Origin: Vicugna vicugna
Lineage: Eukaryota
Length of the DNA: 64,000 bases
Assembly: GCA_013265495.1 (NCBI GenBank)
Contig: MU057887.1
Location: forward strand, 1,625,985-1,689,984
Reading direction: 5' to 3'
A program made the position numbers and the translations under genes. Numbering within the stretch: position 1 is the first letter of the stretch; every line of letters begins with the position of its first letter. Below the pieces are notes generated by a model. That model was not told the origin of the DNA. It did no database searches and saw only the letters and a list, made by a program, of their open reading frames with translations. Positions 34,901 to 46,865 of the stretch are shown here, one piece after another.

Positions 34901-37900
34901 GCCCTTTGAATGTGCCACTCACAGGCACACACACGTGTGCACACATGCACAAGCACACACAAGCCCTAGCACCTCTGTCCTACCGGCCAGGTGCTCCTCC
35001 AAGTTCCCGGACCAGGACTCGAGGCAGGACGGGCTCCTGTTCCTGCGCAGTGCCCCCCGGACCCCCTCCAGCCTCCTTGCTTCTGCTGTTGCAGTTGGAG
35101 TTCACCTGTCTTCCCTCTTGGTGCTGCTGTGTCTTCTCTGCCTCCCGGACCGGATGGCAGCCTCTCTGTCCGTCCTGGCAGGATCCCTGTGCCGACGGTT
35201 GCTGTGGTCTGGGCGGTGGGCCCCGGGGTGAGGGGGGCGTCTTGTGCATGTTCCAGACCCCACAGTCCACTTAGTGACTACTAGGTACTTCGAATGCCTG
35301 GGGGCATTTTGAGTTTCTTAGAATTCGTGTGTCGGACTTCACCGTCCCAATGGCCTGGTGAGTGCGGGCCCCTCATGAGGAACGTTCTGTCGTGGCTTCT
35401 CTCTTCTAAGCGCCGTGACCTTTGTGAGGTCATCTCTGTCTCTGCGGCTGATTAGAGACAGAACTCTTACAACTGACTTGCAGCACGGAGAAAATGTGTC
35501 TGCTTAGCATTGCTGCCAAATTAGTACTGCGTCTGGAAGGCCAGAGGAGAGCCAAGTTAAGAGAATCTTCTGCATAATTTATGAGAGACTGAATCATAAA
35601 ATAAGCATTTACGATGGCCTGTTTGCCCAAGGTAGGAAGTGATAATGTGGCTATTACTCACGGCGATGGGGACTGTGGCGTTGTATGCCTCCTAAGGTCT
35701 TCTGCCGTGGAGTCCCCTCCGTGGCTTCTGGGGTGATCGCCAGCCTCTCTCTCCAGAACTGTCTCTCCTCCTGTTTGCGGATCAGAGCTTCGAAATTCAA
35801 ATGAAAATGATGTTATGAAAACTGAATGTATCAGTATTTCTACATAATGATGTTTTTTAAAATACCCTCCAAACGGACTGATGTAGCGCCAAATGTGCTG
35901 GGCACCAGGAACAGGGCGGGGGCACGGAGAGAAGTGAGATGGGCCCCTCCCCAGGGCGCTGCCAGGTGCTGGAGAGACATGCTGTAGGCCTGACTGCAGG
36001 AGCGCAGTGGCCTCAGGGAGGAGGGGTCCAGAGGGGGGAGGGTCCCCCAGCAGCAGGCGGTGCAGCAGGGCAGGTGGACGTGGAGCCATGTGAGGGCATC
36101 GCGGGTGTTGGCCCAGCCGCCCCAGAGGCAGACGCGTGAGGATAGTGGGGCCGGGGTCCCACCTGCCTGCCTCCCACCACCCATGGCCCCAGAGGGCAGG
36201 GCCCACCTTCCTCACTGAATCACTAGCATCCACTGCAGCTTCTCGGGCAGCTGTCCGGTCCCCGAGGACCAGAGATCCCAGGCTGCGTGTCCCTGCGGGT
36301 TGCGGGAGAGCTTGGCTCTGCTGCGGGGGCTCTGCGTGTCCTCAGCCCGGGCCCTGATTTGGAAGTGCAGCCTGTACCTGGGACTGTGCTGACCGCGGGC
36401 GGGGGAGCCAGGGCCTGGCGGAAACTCCTGATGCCTCTTAAGGCTCTAGCCAGGGCACAGTGTGTTCCCTTGGCCAGAGAGTAGCACACAGCCAAGGCCG
36501 ACTTCCGTGGACAGGGATGCAGTCCTTCCTAGGGAAGGAGTCCTGGGAGCAGTGGAACAGCCTACCAGCCAGCCCGTGTGCACATTCTGGAAAGTTCATC
36601 CTGGCAGCGGTGTGGAGGGTGGTGCAGAGGTGAGGCGAGATTCGAGGGGAGGAAGGCAGGAAGTGAGGAGGCTGGGGCTGACCTAGGGATGTGGAGAAGA
36701 GATGAAAGATGTGACAGGTGTCTCCGAGGGACGTGGCGTCACCAGGGTTGGGGGACGTGGCGTGAGGGCCGCGGGGTCAGGGGAGAGGCTGTGTGCTGGG
36801 TGCTGGGTGACGCAGTGAGCTCGTGGGAGAGGAGGCCCCCAGGGAGGAGCAGGCGGGCAGAGCTGACGCTGGGTGACTGGTGCCATGAGGGCCGAGAGGG
36901 CCGCCGGGGCCCCCAGCGCTGCACGTGGGGGCGACGCGGTGGCTCTGACGGGGCCCGACCCCGACCTGCTGGGTGGGGTGTGTAGTTCCAGGAGTCTCCG
37001 GGGAGCCTCTCATTTGGTTGCTGGCAGATTCTCAAGCACAGAGTGTCTTGACCACCATTTTGTTTAACAGCTGAGGGAACACAGAGGTCAAGGAACTTAC
37101 CTGAAGGTCATCCAGTGAGCAGCGCCGAGCCTGCAGTCAAGCCCCCATGCGTGGGGTGCACCCCCACCCCCGCCGTATTCCTGCTCAAGTGGGGCACTCC
37201 CAGTGTCCTCTGATTCAAGATAACATCTAGTGTGTAATGAAATTTTGTTTTATGCAGTTTTTCGAGTGAGTTTACACCCACGGTCTGATTGAAAAAGTAA
37301 TTAGCATTCATATTAGAGCTCGCCAAACAATTCCCTGATATTTGAGCATCAACAGAGGACAAAGCAGCTCTGTGCTGTGATCTTTGATTTACAGCTGCCT
37401 GCGCCCGGCGGGCTCTGGGCAGAGGGCTATAAATAAAATTAAAATAAATGGAAACAATGCACCTATAAATTGTGTTGCAGGAAACTCCAGTTGCCTTTTA
37501 GAGGAAATCCTTGATAAAACGCTGTCTGGCGATCCGTTTGAAAGAGGAGGGGCGGTAGATGACTGTGGCAGAGTCGGGAAAGTGAAGGCCAGGCCGCACT
37601 GTGGGAATGTTTTGAATATGAAAACAGCCGACCCACCGATGTGCCTTCTGGTGTCAGCGCTGTTGGAAAGTCCCGGGTGGGTCCTGCCTCACGGGGGGAA
37701 GGCGGTCAGTTGAAGGTGCAGGATGGTTGGGGAGGCAGGCAGTATTTCTGTCCCTCCTTTTCTTATTCAAGTCAGCCCCTGGACTGATGTCACGGAGGAC
37801 GGTGAGGCCCCGGGAGGGGCTGCGTTTGAGCAGATTGCGTGTGTGACCGCGGCAGGGAAGGGCCCATTGGAGGCGAGGGGCCCCGGGGACCTGGGGGCAG

Positions 37901-38040
37901 AGGGAGCTGCGGGCTCATGCACAGAGAAATCACGTTGTCTCTATTGAAACCTCGCTGTGTTTCAGTGTTTGGTGTCTCAGCTGTAATCGATGAAAAAGGG
38001 CAAGTTTCTAAAAATAGGTTTAATAAAAGGTTTACTTTTA

Positions 38041-38231
38041 TTATTCATTTATTTATTTAAAAACCTTTATTTAAAAAAATTGAAAAAATTTTATTTATTT
38101 ATTTTTATTTTTTGTTGGGAGGAAGGTAATTAGGTTTGCTCATTTGTTTTAACGGAGGTACTGGGGATTGGACCCAGGACCCCGTGCGCTCTAAGCGTGT
38201 GCCGGATGGCTGAGCTGTACCCTCCCCACAG
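38041..38231 (-). mobile_element. Vic-1-like SINE (long-tail form) with TSD
   Basis: tRNA-like head at 38155-38227 and an AAACCTAATTACC tail segment on the minus strand. TSD AAGGTTTACTTTTA (38027-38040) / AAGGCTTACTTTTA (38232-38245). Confidence 0.88.
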
Positions 38232-39024
38232 AAGGCTTACTTTTACAGAGCTGTCTTTGTGCTCATTCAGCTGGAGCACACGGTAACTGCACTGTTAGGT
38301 CCTGGACAGCTGGTGTGGTGAGTTATTCAACAAGTTACCAGGGTTGCCAGAGAACTCCTTCCTCGCCGGGCGGAGACCTTCCCAGGCAAGCACTTTGATG
38401 CTGTGCCTTTCTGGTTCCCTGGGGGCTCTGCGGAGAGGAAAACGGGGACAGACCCAGAGAGAAGGCGCCAGGCCCGCATCCCGCTGGGATGAGTTTCAGG
38501 GTGAGCGGAAGCCCAGGGAGGGTGGGACAGAGGCCCTGCAGGGTGGAGCAGGGCCCGGAGGCTCGGCCCAGGGCAAGGGTGGAGAGTTAGTGTCACACGT
38601 CAGGTTGCTGGGAGCACGCACACGTGTTGGTCTCCTCTGCGTCTTGATGGTACGTGTGCCGCCTGGGCAGGCCTACAATATTCGTTTGCTGCCTGTAAGA
38701 GCACTTAAGTGACTTAAATCAGTGGATGGAGGAAAGGCTGAGTTGTTTGGACTTGAAGGTCACAGCTCAGGCCTCATTTTAAATGCCCTTGAATTGTAGG
38801 CAGAGGACTCACCGTTAGACCGGCCTGGAGACGGCCTGGAGACAGGGCAGCTGCCAGGCTACCTGGAGCTCTTGACGGACGGCCTTTCAGGGCTGGCGGC
38901 TGTTGCTCAGCCTGAACTGCCCGCTCCTGTCCCTGGTGAAGCCCACAGTGCCTTCTCACGTGGGGCCCCCAGGGCCTCGCCTGCAGGTCTCTGAGCTGCC
39001 TGTCTTGTCCTCGGGGACTTTACG

Positions 39025-39655
39025 ACTCCTAAGTTCCAGGCGCACAACACAAGGATTCAGTTTCTGTGCATTTCGAATTGATCGGCAGGGTGAGTCTAGT
39101 CACCACCTGTCACCGTGCAAGGCCCTTAAGATGCTTTTGACCGCGCTCCCCGTGCTGTGCTTCCATCCCTGTGCCTCGCTTACTTCATAGCTGGAAGTTT
39201 GCACCTCTTCGTCTCCCTCACCTGTTTCACTCGTTCCCTCCCCGCCCTCCCCTCTGGCAACCACCTGTTTGTTCTCTGTATCCACGAGTGTTTCTGTTCT
39301 GTTGTGTTTGTTCATTTGTTTTGTTTTTTAGATTCTACATCCAAGTGAAATCGTGCAGTATTTGTCTTTTTCTGTCTGACTTATTGCACTTAGCATAATG
39401 CCCTCTAGGTCCGTCCATGTCACAGATGGCAAGATTTCATTCTTTTTCATGGCTGAGTAGTAACCCATTGTGTGTACGTATACATTATATATGTATATGT
39501 AATATATATTTATGTATGTATTCCATACCTTCTTTATCCATTTGTCTATCAGTGGGCACTTAGGTTGCTGTCATATCTTGGCTGTTATAAATAATGCTGC
39601 TGGGTACATACATCTTTTCAAATTAGTGTTTTTGTTTTCTTCGGAAAAATGCTCA
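39025..39655 (-). mobile_element. L1 (L1MA-like) 3' end
   Basis: CTCTGGCAACCACC...TTTTTAGATTCTACAT...TCTGTCTGACTTATT...TTTTCATGGCTGAGTAGTA. Confidence 0.85.
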
Positions 39656-39659
39656 GAAG

Positions 39660-41180
39660 ATGATTTTGACTCCTCTGCCTTCCAGTTCACTGAGTTGTTC
39701 CTCTGTATCGTCTCATTTACTGTTGCTTCCTTCTGGTTTATTTTTTATTTCAGTTATTGTATTGCTCAGCTCTGTTAGGTTCTTCTTTATGTTTCTAACT
39801 CTCTGTTAACTTTTTCACTGTGATCATCCATCCTTCCCCCAAGCTTGTCGAGCATCTTTATGATTATTACTTATTATTACTTGAACTCTCTATCAGGTCG
39901 ATTGCCTGTCTCCACTGTGCTTAGTTCTTCTGGGGTTTCATCTCATTTCTTTGTTTGGAACATATTTCTCTGTCGTTTCATTTTGCCTGATTCTCTGTTT
40001 ATTTCCACATGTTTGGTAGGTTGGCTACATTTCCCGGTCTTGAAGAAGTGGCCTTGCTGTGGGAGGCGTCCTGTTGGATGTAGCAGCACGCTCTCCTCTG
40101 GTCATCAGAGCTTTACACTCTTGGGGTGCCCCTGTGGGGGCTGCACATGGGCCTTTCTGTTGTGGTGGGGCTGACTAATGTGGGTGTGCCTGTAGGTGGG
40201 GCTGGCCTCTGACTGGTTGGCCTCTGCCCTGTGGAGGCTCCTGGCCCACTGGCGAGCAGGGCCAGGTCCTGGCGTGGCTGGCTGCAGGGCTTAGGGGGTC
40301 CCAGGGCTGGTGCTGTCTTACTGACGGGTAGGGCTGGATCCTGGCTCGGCTAGCTGCGGGGCTGGGGGGCCTGGGGCTGGTGTTGGCCTGGGAGTGGGGT
40401 CCTGAGACTTGTGCCAACCAGCTGGTGGGTGGGTAAGCCCCTGGGCTAGAGAGAGGACTCCAGAATGACTCTTGCCAGTGTTATTGTGGTAGACAGGCTC
40501 CCCAGAATGGCTTCTGCTGGCGTCTGTGTTCCCCGTTGCCACCTGCCTTCAGGCTCTTCAAGAGCAGCAAGTGGTCTGATCCAGGCTCTTTAAAAAGAAC
40601 TTTTTTGCGGTGTGGGGGGGTTACTAGGTTTATTTATTTGTTTATTTATGTACTTTTAAAAATGGCAGCACTGGGGATTGAACCCAGGACCTCGTGCGTG
40701 CTGAACACGTGCTCTACCACTGAGCTCCACCCTCCCCTGACCCAGGCGTCTTTCAGATTGCTTCCTCTGCCGTGGGTCTCGGGGCATATGAGATTTCGAC
40801 CCACTTAAGGGTGGGTCTCTCCTTTCTCCAGCCCTCTGCTCTCCCTGCTGGCCTCAAAGCCAGGCATTACGGGGACTCGCCTTCCTGGTGCAGGGTCCCC
40901 GGGCTGGGGAGCCTGATGTGGGGCTCTGCGCCCGCGCTCCTCGGGGAGGACTCTGCAGTTGGGATTTCTGGGTCACCAGCCTGGGCGATGTGGGTCTTGA
41001 CCACACCGTGTCTCTGCCTCTCCTGCCTGTCTTGTTGTGGCTTCTTCTTTACATCTTCGGTCGTGGGAGATCCTTCCTGCTCGTTGTCAGGTGGTTCTTG
41101 CCGATCGCTGCTCTGTGAATGGTTGTGCTTTTGCTGTGCTCGCAGGAGGAGGTGAGTCCAGGTCTGTCCTGCTCTGTCAC
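39660..41180 (-). mobile_element. L1 5' region (ORF1/5'UTR-like), interrupted by a SINE
   Basis: Pyrimidine-rich ORF1-like antisense stretch plus GGGCTGGGGAGCCTGATGTGGGGCTC...CTCTGCAGTTG, recalled from laurasiatherian L1 5' ends. Confidence 0.55.
40592..40736 (-). mobile_element. Vic-1-like SINE (long-tail form) with TSD
   Basis: Minus strand GGGAGGGTGGAGCTCAGTGGTAGAGCACGTGTTCAGCACGCACGAGGTCCTGGGTTCAATCCCCAGTGCTGCC. TSD CTGATCCAGGCTCTTT (40576-40591) / CTGACCCAGGCGTCTTT (40737-40753). Confidence 0.88.
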
Positions 41181-41419
41181 CTTGGCTACACCTCTGCTGA
41201 CTTTTTTTAAGAAGCGTTTTATTTAAATTGCATTTAGATATTCCTGGTGCGCTCGCCAATAACTTCCGTTGTATAAACAACCCACAGGTGGAATACTGAG
41301 CTGCTTTCTTCGGGTCACATGAAAGACAGGAGCCACTGAGGTGTGGAGTGTCATTTGTCCAAATAGGCTGGCCGGGTACTGAGTTTGGGCCTCTGTGGGG
41401 TCCAAGACCAGTCATTTAT

Positions 41420-41800
41420 CTTTAACATTTTATTGTGAAATACTTCAAACATAGAGAAAAATTGAGAGACTTGTCAGTGATTGCCCGTGCCAGCCACTGT
41501 CGAGGGTGTGTTATTTCTCTCTCCACGTTGATCTCTACCCATCCTTTAATCCATCTTTTCAGAAAATGAATTTCAAACTCAGATGTGGACATCAGTTCAC
41601 CCCACACACTTCAGCATGCTTGTCCCTAACTGGGTTTATTTATTTATTACTGGAGGTAAAATTCACACCGTGACACGTACAAGCGTTGAGCACAGAACTC
41701 AGTGGGATGAGTTTTGACAAATGCACGACCTGTGAAGCCCAGACTCGATCGGACTGAGATCACTACCCTCATTCTAGAGCGTTCTCCAAGGTGCCACTTG
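41420..41800 (-). mobile_element. Old L1 3' fragments (L1MC/ME- and L1MB-like)
   Basis: TTTTATTGTGAAATACTTCAAACATAGAGAAAA and GAGGTAAAATTCACA...CTCAGTGGGATGAGTTTTGACAAATGCA. Confidence 0.6.
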
Positions 41801-44800
41801 GCGGTGCGTGGACTGTACAGCCGTACACGGAGGGCAGCCTCGGTCGGTGCGTGTGGACAGGAAGGCCATGGCTCCTTCACACGTTTGTGTGTAGGGACAC
41901 TTGCCAGAGCTGACGGGCAGCATGACGACCGTCTTTGTGTCCAGGTCGGTGCCTGGAGGGCCTTGCTGGTGGACTGAGCAGCGACTGGGTCACATGGACG
42001 AGAAGGGACTCAGCGAGGCGCGCAGTGTGTGCTGATGAGAAGGTGGGAGGAGAGGACAGTGGTGGGGGCTGTGTTGCTGGGACCACAGGGTTCTGGCCCT
42101 CCTTGAACGTCCGTACAGTCTGGCGGATGCTGTGTGTGCCCGAGGCGCTTGGTGGCAAATGCATCTAGTCCCACCTGTTCAGAGTGGTGGCTGTGGACTT
42201 CGAGGTATCCCTCTCTTCGTCCTAATTCTGCAACTTGAACACGTTCTTGACCCCCCCATACGTCAGCATCCTTGTTTGTGAGATAGCCCCAGGGGTGTGC
42301 TGACTCCGGGCGCAGGCGCTGTGGTGGGGGTCCGGAGGTACAGATTGTCACTTCCGTGTGCCTCAGTGTCCACGTCTGTCAAGGAAAAGCAGCGCTGCCG
42401 ACCTCCCATCCCAGGCTTGTTCTGAGCACTGAGAGTGCTGCTGCGCACAGCCGCTCCGAGCCCGGTTCCCGCCGCGAGCCCGGCCCCTGCTCTGAGCTGC
42501 TCGGCCCCGTCGTCGAGCCGTCTCGCGTGTAGCCATGCCTCGTTACCACGCTGCCGGAGGGCGGCCCCTCGTCACCTGTGCACAGAGGGGCCCGCGGGGC
42601 CGCGGCACACGTCGGCTGAAGCCTGTGCCCATTTCAGAAGTGAGCTGGAGCTGGAGCGGGCCGCTCATTCTATGGTTGACTCCTGGAGAGTTCTGGAAGG
42701 TTCTCCGTAGAAGGGCTGTACCGTTTGTCATGCATTTTGAGGGTAAAGGGTTACTATTAACAGTGAAAGAGGGGCAAATGGAGAGTGAACCAGGCCAGCT
42801 GGCTCAGATGTTGCCCTGGTTCTCAGGGCTGAAGAGGTGAGGCCTCCTTTGTATTAAAGGAGGGAAGTTGCATCATGTTCCAAGATGGTTCAGCCGTAAG
42901 AACAGATGCTCTGCGGTCAGCAGCACCTCACACCACCTGGGGTCCTCAGGACGGCTGCCGCACGTGTCCATAAGGACAGCTGCTTTCCTCTCATCAGACA
43001 GACAGACAGACGCGTTTGCAGACTGAGTTGTCCCCAGCGAGCATTTAGGGAGGCGTCAGGGAACCCGCACCCGGATGTCTGTGGGTTGTCCAGTCCTGAC
43101 ACGGTCGCAAAGCCTGTCTTCCAGGCTGTCACCTGCAGGAGTGTGGGCCTTGCCATGCCGGCCTCAGTGTCTGTGGAGCAGGGGGGATGCTGGAGATGCG
43201 CTGGGCTCAGTGCTGCTCTCAGAAGCCATTCGAATGTTGGGATGGAAGTGATGTTCAAAGCATCTCCCTGTCTCCCTGGGCCACAGGTCCAAGGTGGTGA
43301 CCAGTGTGGCCCCTTTAACTGTTCTGGGAAGGGAAACATCCACTGCCTACTTCTTCCTCCTCCTCTCTCCCCTGTTTGGAGAAGTTGATAAACTTAGTTG
43401 TAACAATAAAATGTGTACCCATGAGGCCCCTGGGCAGCCCTGACTCCCTCCAGTCGGGCACCCCCAGATGTCCTGAAGGCGCCCCCGTGCCGCAAGGCCG
43501 GTGGCCACAGTCACACAGCCCGTGAGTGATCTGCGTGGTGAGCGGCTGTGGCGGGTCGTCAGTGGGGCCGCTGCGGGGGCGCACAGTCCAGGGGTGCAGT
43601 ACAGCTGGGAGGGGCAGGAGGGGGTGGGGCTGAGGTGGTCCTGGATGGGCTGGGCTGGATGGTTCCCCATGGGTCCCCAGGGGTCTGTTGCTGAGCCCTT
43701 ACCGGGTCGCAGGCATGACAAAGCCTCTGCAACACCTGTGAGCTTTGTAGTGGCTGGTGGTGGAGCAGAGCGAGGCGGGGCCGTAAATCTGAGTGCAGTC
43801 ACAGGCTTGGGGACCTCGTGTGGCCCCTGGGTGGGGAGCAGGAGCACCTGGGTTGGGGACAGCAGGTTCTGGACTGTCCCGGAGGCACAGCGTCCTCTCA
43901 CGGTGAAGGAGCTCTTGTGTAGGTGGTCCTGAGGGCCCCATCCTGCAGTCAGGCCTTGACTCCCGGGTGCCTTCTGCTCCGGGGCCGTCTGGGGCACAGA
44001 GCCCTGAGTGGGCCTGGCTTTCCCGGTCTGGATTCCTGCCTGGTCTGCGGGCAGCTCCCTGCTGTCGGGAGAGAGCCGTGCTGGTGAGGTGAGGGGTGTC
44101 TGCCGTTTGTTGACTAGTGGAGAAAGAGCGTAGTAATGATACTGAGGCTTTCAATGAATTATTTTAGAAGAGATAGCCCACGTTCTCATCTCAGCTGATG
44201 AGACTCCGTCTTTCTCTGCTTCAGACGTGAGGACGTCTGTGCTCAGGCACACGGCTTACCTGCCGTTGCTTCCTGTCTTCTGCGTGGATTCTGAGTAAGT
44301 CTTTTGTTCCATTGAGAAGATTAAGGGCAGTATTTGGTTGAAAAAATTTTAATGAAGCACCTAACAGAGCTATTATTCATTTTTGAAACAAGTTGCTGTG
44401 GTTACCATAGTAATATTAAACCTTTTATTAAACGTTTTTTGCTTCCGCCCGTAGTCGGTTTTTGTTCTGTGCTGATGGGGGAGCTGCAGATCCACGAACC
44501 TGGTGCTTGGAAAGAATTTTCTAGCTCTGTTGAGTTAAATCATTCAAGGAATTTACGTTACAGGGACATAAAGCTTATAAATCTAGTTTATCATATCTAT
44601 CATTTAATTGTTCATGCAAGCCATCTCTTTGTGTAGCGATTTACAGTAATCTCGGGGAAATAACAGTTTTGTGTCACGAGATGAATAATGCATGCAAAGA
44701 AATTGTTGAGCTCCTTAAAATCATTATGCTCAAAATAGGAGGCTCTTTGATTTGAAAGTGATAGAATGACGGTCGGTCGTGTACTAGATGCTACCCGGGG

Positions 44801-46784
44801 CTTCAGAGTCTGTCATTCTCAGGCGCGTTGGGTCGCCCGCGCTCGGGAGGGAAGCACTGGCGACGAGCCGTCTCCGGCAGGACCCGGCACCCTGCTGCAG
44901 CCACACTGCAGCGGGCGAGGTGCGACCACGGGCTCCGGGAGGGCTGGGGTGCTGGTGCAGAGGAGAAGAGCTGTGTGTCCAAGATAAGATGCTTTTGAGT
45001 CTTCCCTCTGACTGGGGCAAGAAACAGGGCTCTTGCCGCCGGAGATTGTTGCAAGGCCGCCGCCGCGGAGTGCGCGCGAGGTCGGAAGGAGGATGTGCTC
45101 GGTGCTTCCCTCCCGCCGGTTTCTCGTCCGTCTCCAGCACAACGGACCGCGGCGCGGCTGGCGCTGCTGTCGTTCCAGTGGTGAGGTTAACAGGCCGCAG
45201 CGCTGTGGTTTTCAGTTCTGGCGACTCCCGGGGTAGGTTTGTTGTTAGCGCGTCTCCTCCCGCGTGTGTGTTGATTGCCAGCCGTGGAGATGCAGCCTCC
45301 TCACCCGAGCTTTGGGCCTGTGCATAGATGTGCTGCCAGAGACGCTGAGGTCGGAGGGGGCAGTTCATGGCGGGGGGGTTGTGGGGGAGCAGCGGGTGAG
45401 AGGGGAGGCAGCTTCTCCCAGAAGGGTGAGGACTCTGCAACTCGGGGGACCGCCGGACGCGGTTCTCGAAGTGAGAGTGATCAGTCACTGTCAGCGGGCC
45501 CACGCTGCCCTTACCTTCCCTCCTGCTGTAAAACAATCGTGTTATGAGAAATTTCAAACGTCCGCAGAGGTGGAGAGAACAGCACGGTGAAGCCAGCCCC
45601 CCCGTCACCCGGATTCCACAGTGATCAGGATTCTGCCGTGATCGGCTCATCCGGCCCCTTTTTCTCTTCCTTTCCCTTTGCTGTAGTATTTCAAAGCAAA
45701 TCCCAGACATCATGTCATTTCACCTTTCCCTACTTGAGTATGCATTCCAAGAAGAAAAACCTCCTGCTATTTTAAGCACATGGTGCTGGTGGAGAGGCCC
45801 TTCAGGCCTGCGTTCCCCTCCGCCGACTCGTGTGTGGGTTTCGCAGGCAGGGCTGTGTCTCGGGGCATCAGCCTTCTTTGGGAGTCAGCGAATCCAATGA
45901 TCTTTGGCTAATTGGGTGGAAGGCCTTGCAGTTTGAAGAAACAGTTGTCTAGATCCCTCTCTCAGCGTTGGAGAGGTGGGCCTGACCTGAGGCGTTTGTT
46001 CTGTTTTTGGTGCTAGGTTTGCTGCTCAGATTTCCTAGCGTGAGGAGTGTTGTAGGAGACATCATCGGAGACAGTGTGGCTGGACCCGGGATGTCCTGTA
46101 CGGGTCTAGAAGTCAGAGCGCGTATTCTGGGAGGAGCAGCTGGCCCTCAGGTGTGCGTATCCGCTGATGTCTGTCTACAGGAGGCTTGTCCGATAGGGCC
46201 TAAGGAATTAGATGGGCTTGGCTGACATGATCTGTCGTTTCGTGACACCTCTTTCCCGCCCCGTCTCCCCCTGCCGCTCCATCTCACGTGGCTGTGGGGA
46301 GAGCGGTGGTGCGCTGGGTTTTCTCTGTTACCTGGAATCACGCTCGTCAGGGTTGTCGATGGCGTCCAAGGTGCGTGCTTTTCCCAAGTAGGGCTTTGAG
46401 TCTTTCACGGCAAGGTGTGTGAGTGACCCTGTACTCAAGGCGACCAAGCTCGGTGGTGCCTTGTGTTTGCAGAGGGGGCCCCACTCACTCAAGGGAGGGG
46501 AAGTGCAGTTTGAAATGACAAGAGGCCCAGTTCCAAGTGGACATTTCTATATAAAGCATTACAGTTTATGTACAGGGCCTGTTCTCGTGGCTCCCTGGGA
46601 AGCTGTGAAAAACTAGCGGAGCGTGGAGGGGATCTGTGCGGGACACACCCACGGGGAGAGCCCCAAGCCTCTGCCCGCAGTGACGTCCTTCTGGGGTGAC
46701 AGTCCTGTCTTAGAAGACGGAGAGGGAACCGAGTTGGGAGAGTGAATTTGGTCTCAGTCACCTGGAAACAGCTTTGCAGCGAGA

Positions 46785-46865
46785 GTTTTGCTGGTTAACA
46801 GTGGGTCTGGTGAGGGGTTTTGCTGGTTAACAGCGATGCTGATGGGGAGTTTTGCTGGTTAACAG
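46785..46865. repeat. 32-bp-period repeat with invariant 17-bp core GTTTTGCTGGTTAACAG, 3 copies
   Basis: Cores start at 46785, 46817 and 46849. Confidence 0.95.

Noticed and set aside
44784..45713. 309-aa minus-strand ORF
   Set aside because: Starts in an old L1-like fragment and crosses a CpG-rich patch; no recognisable protein.
46785..46865. CRISPR-like repeat/spacer appearance
   Set aside because: Mammalian intron, units too short, linkers mutually similar and no cas genes; kept only as a minisatellite finding.
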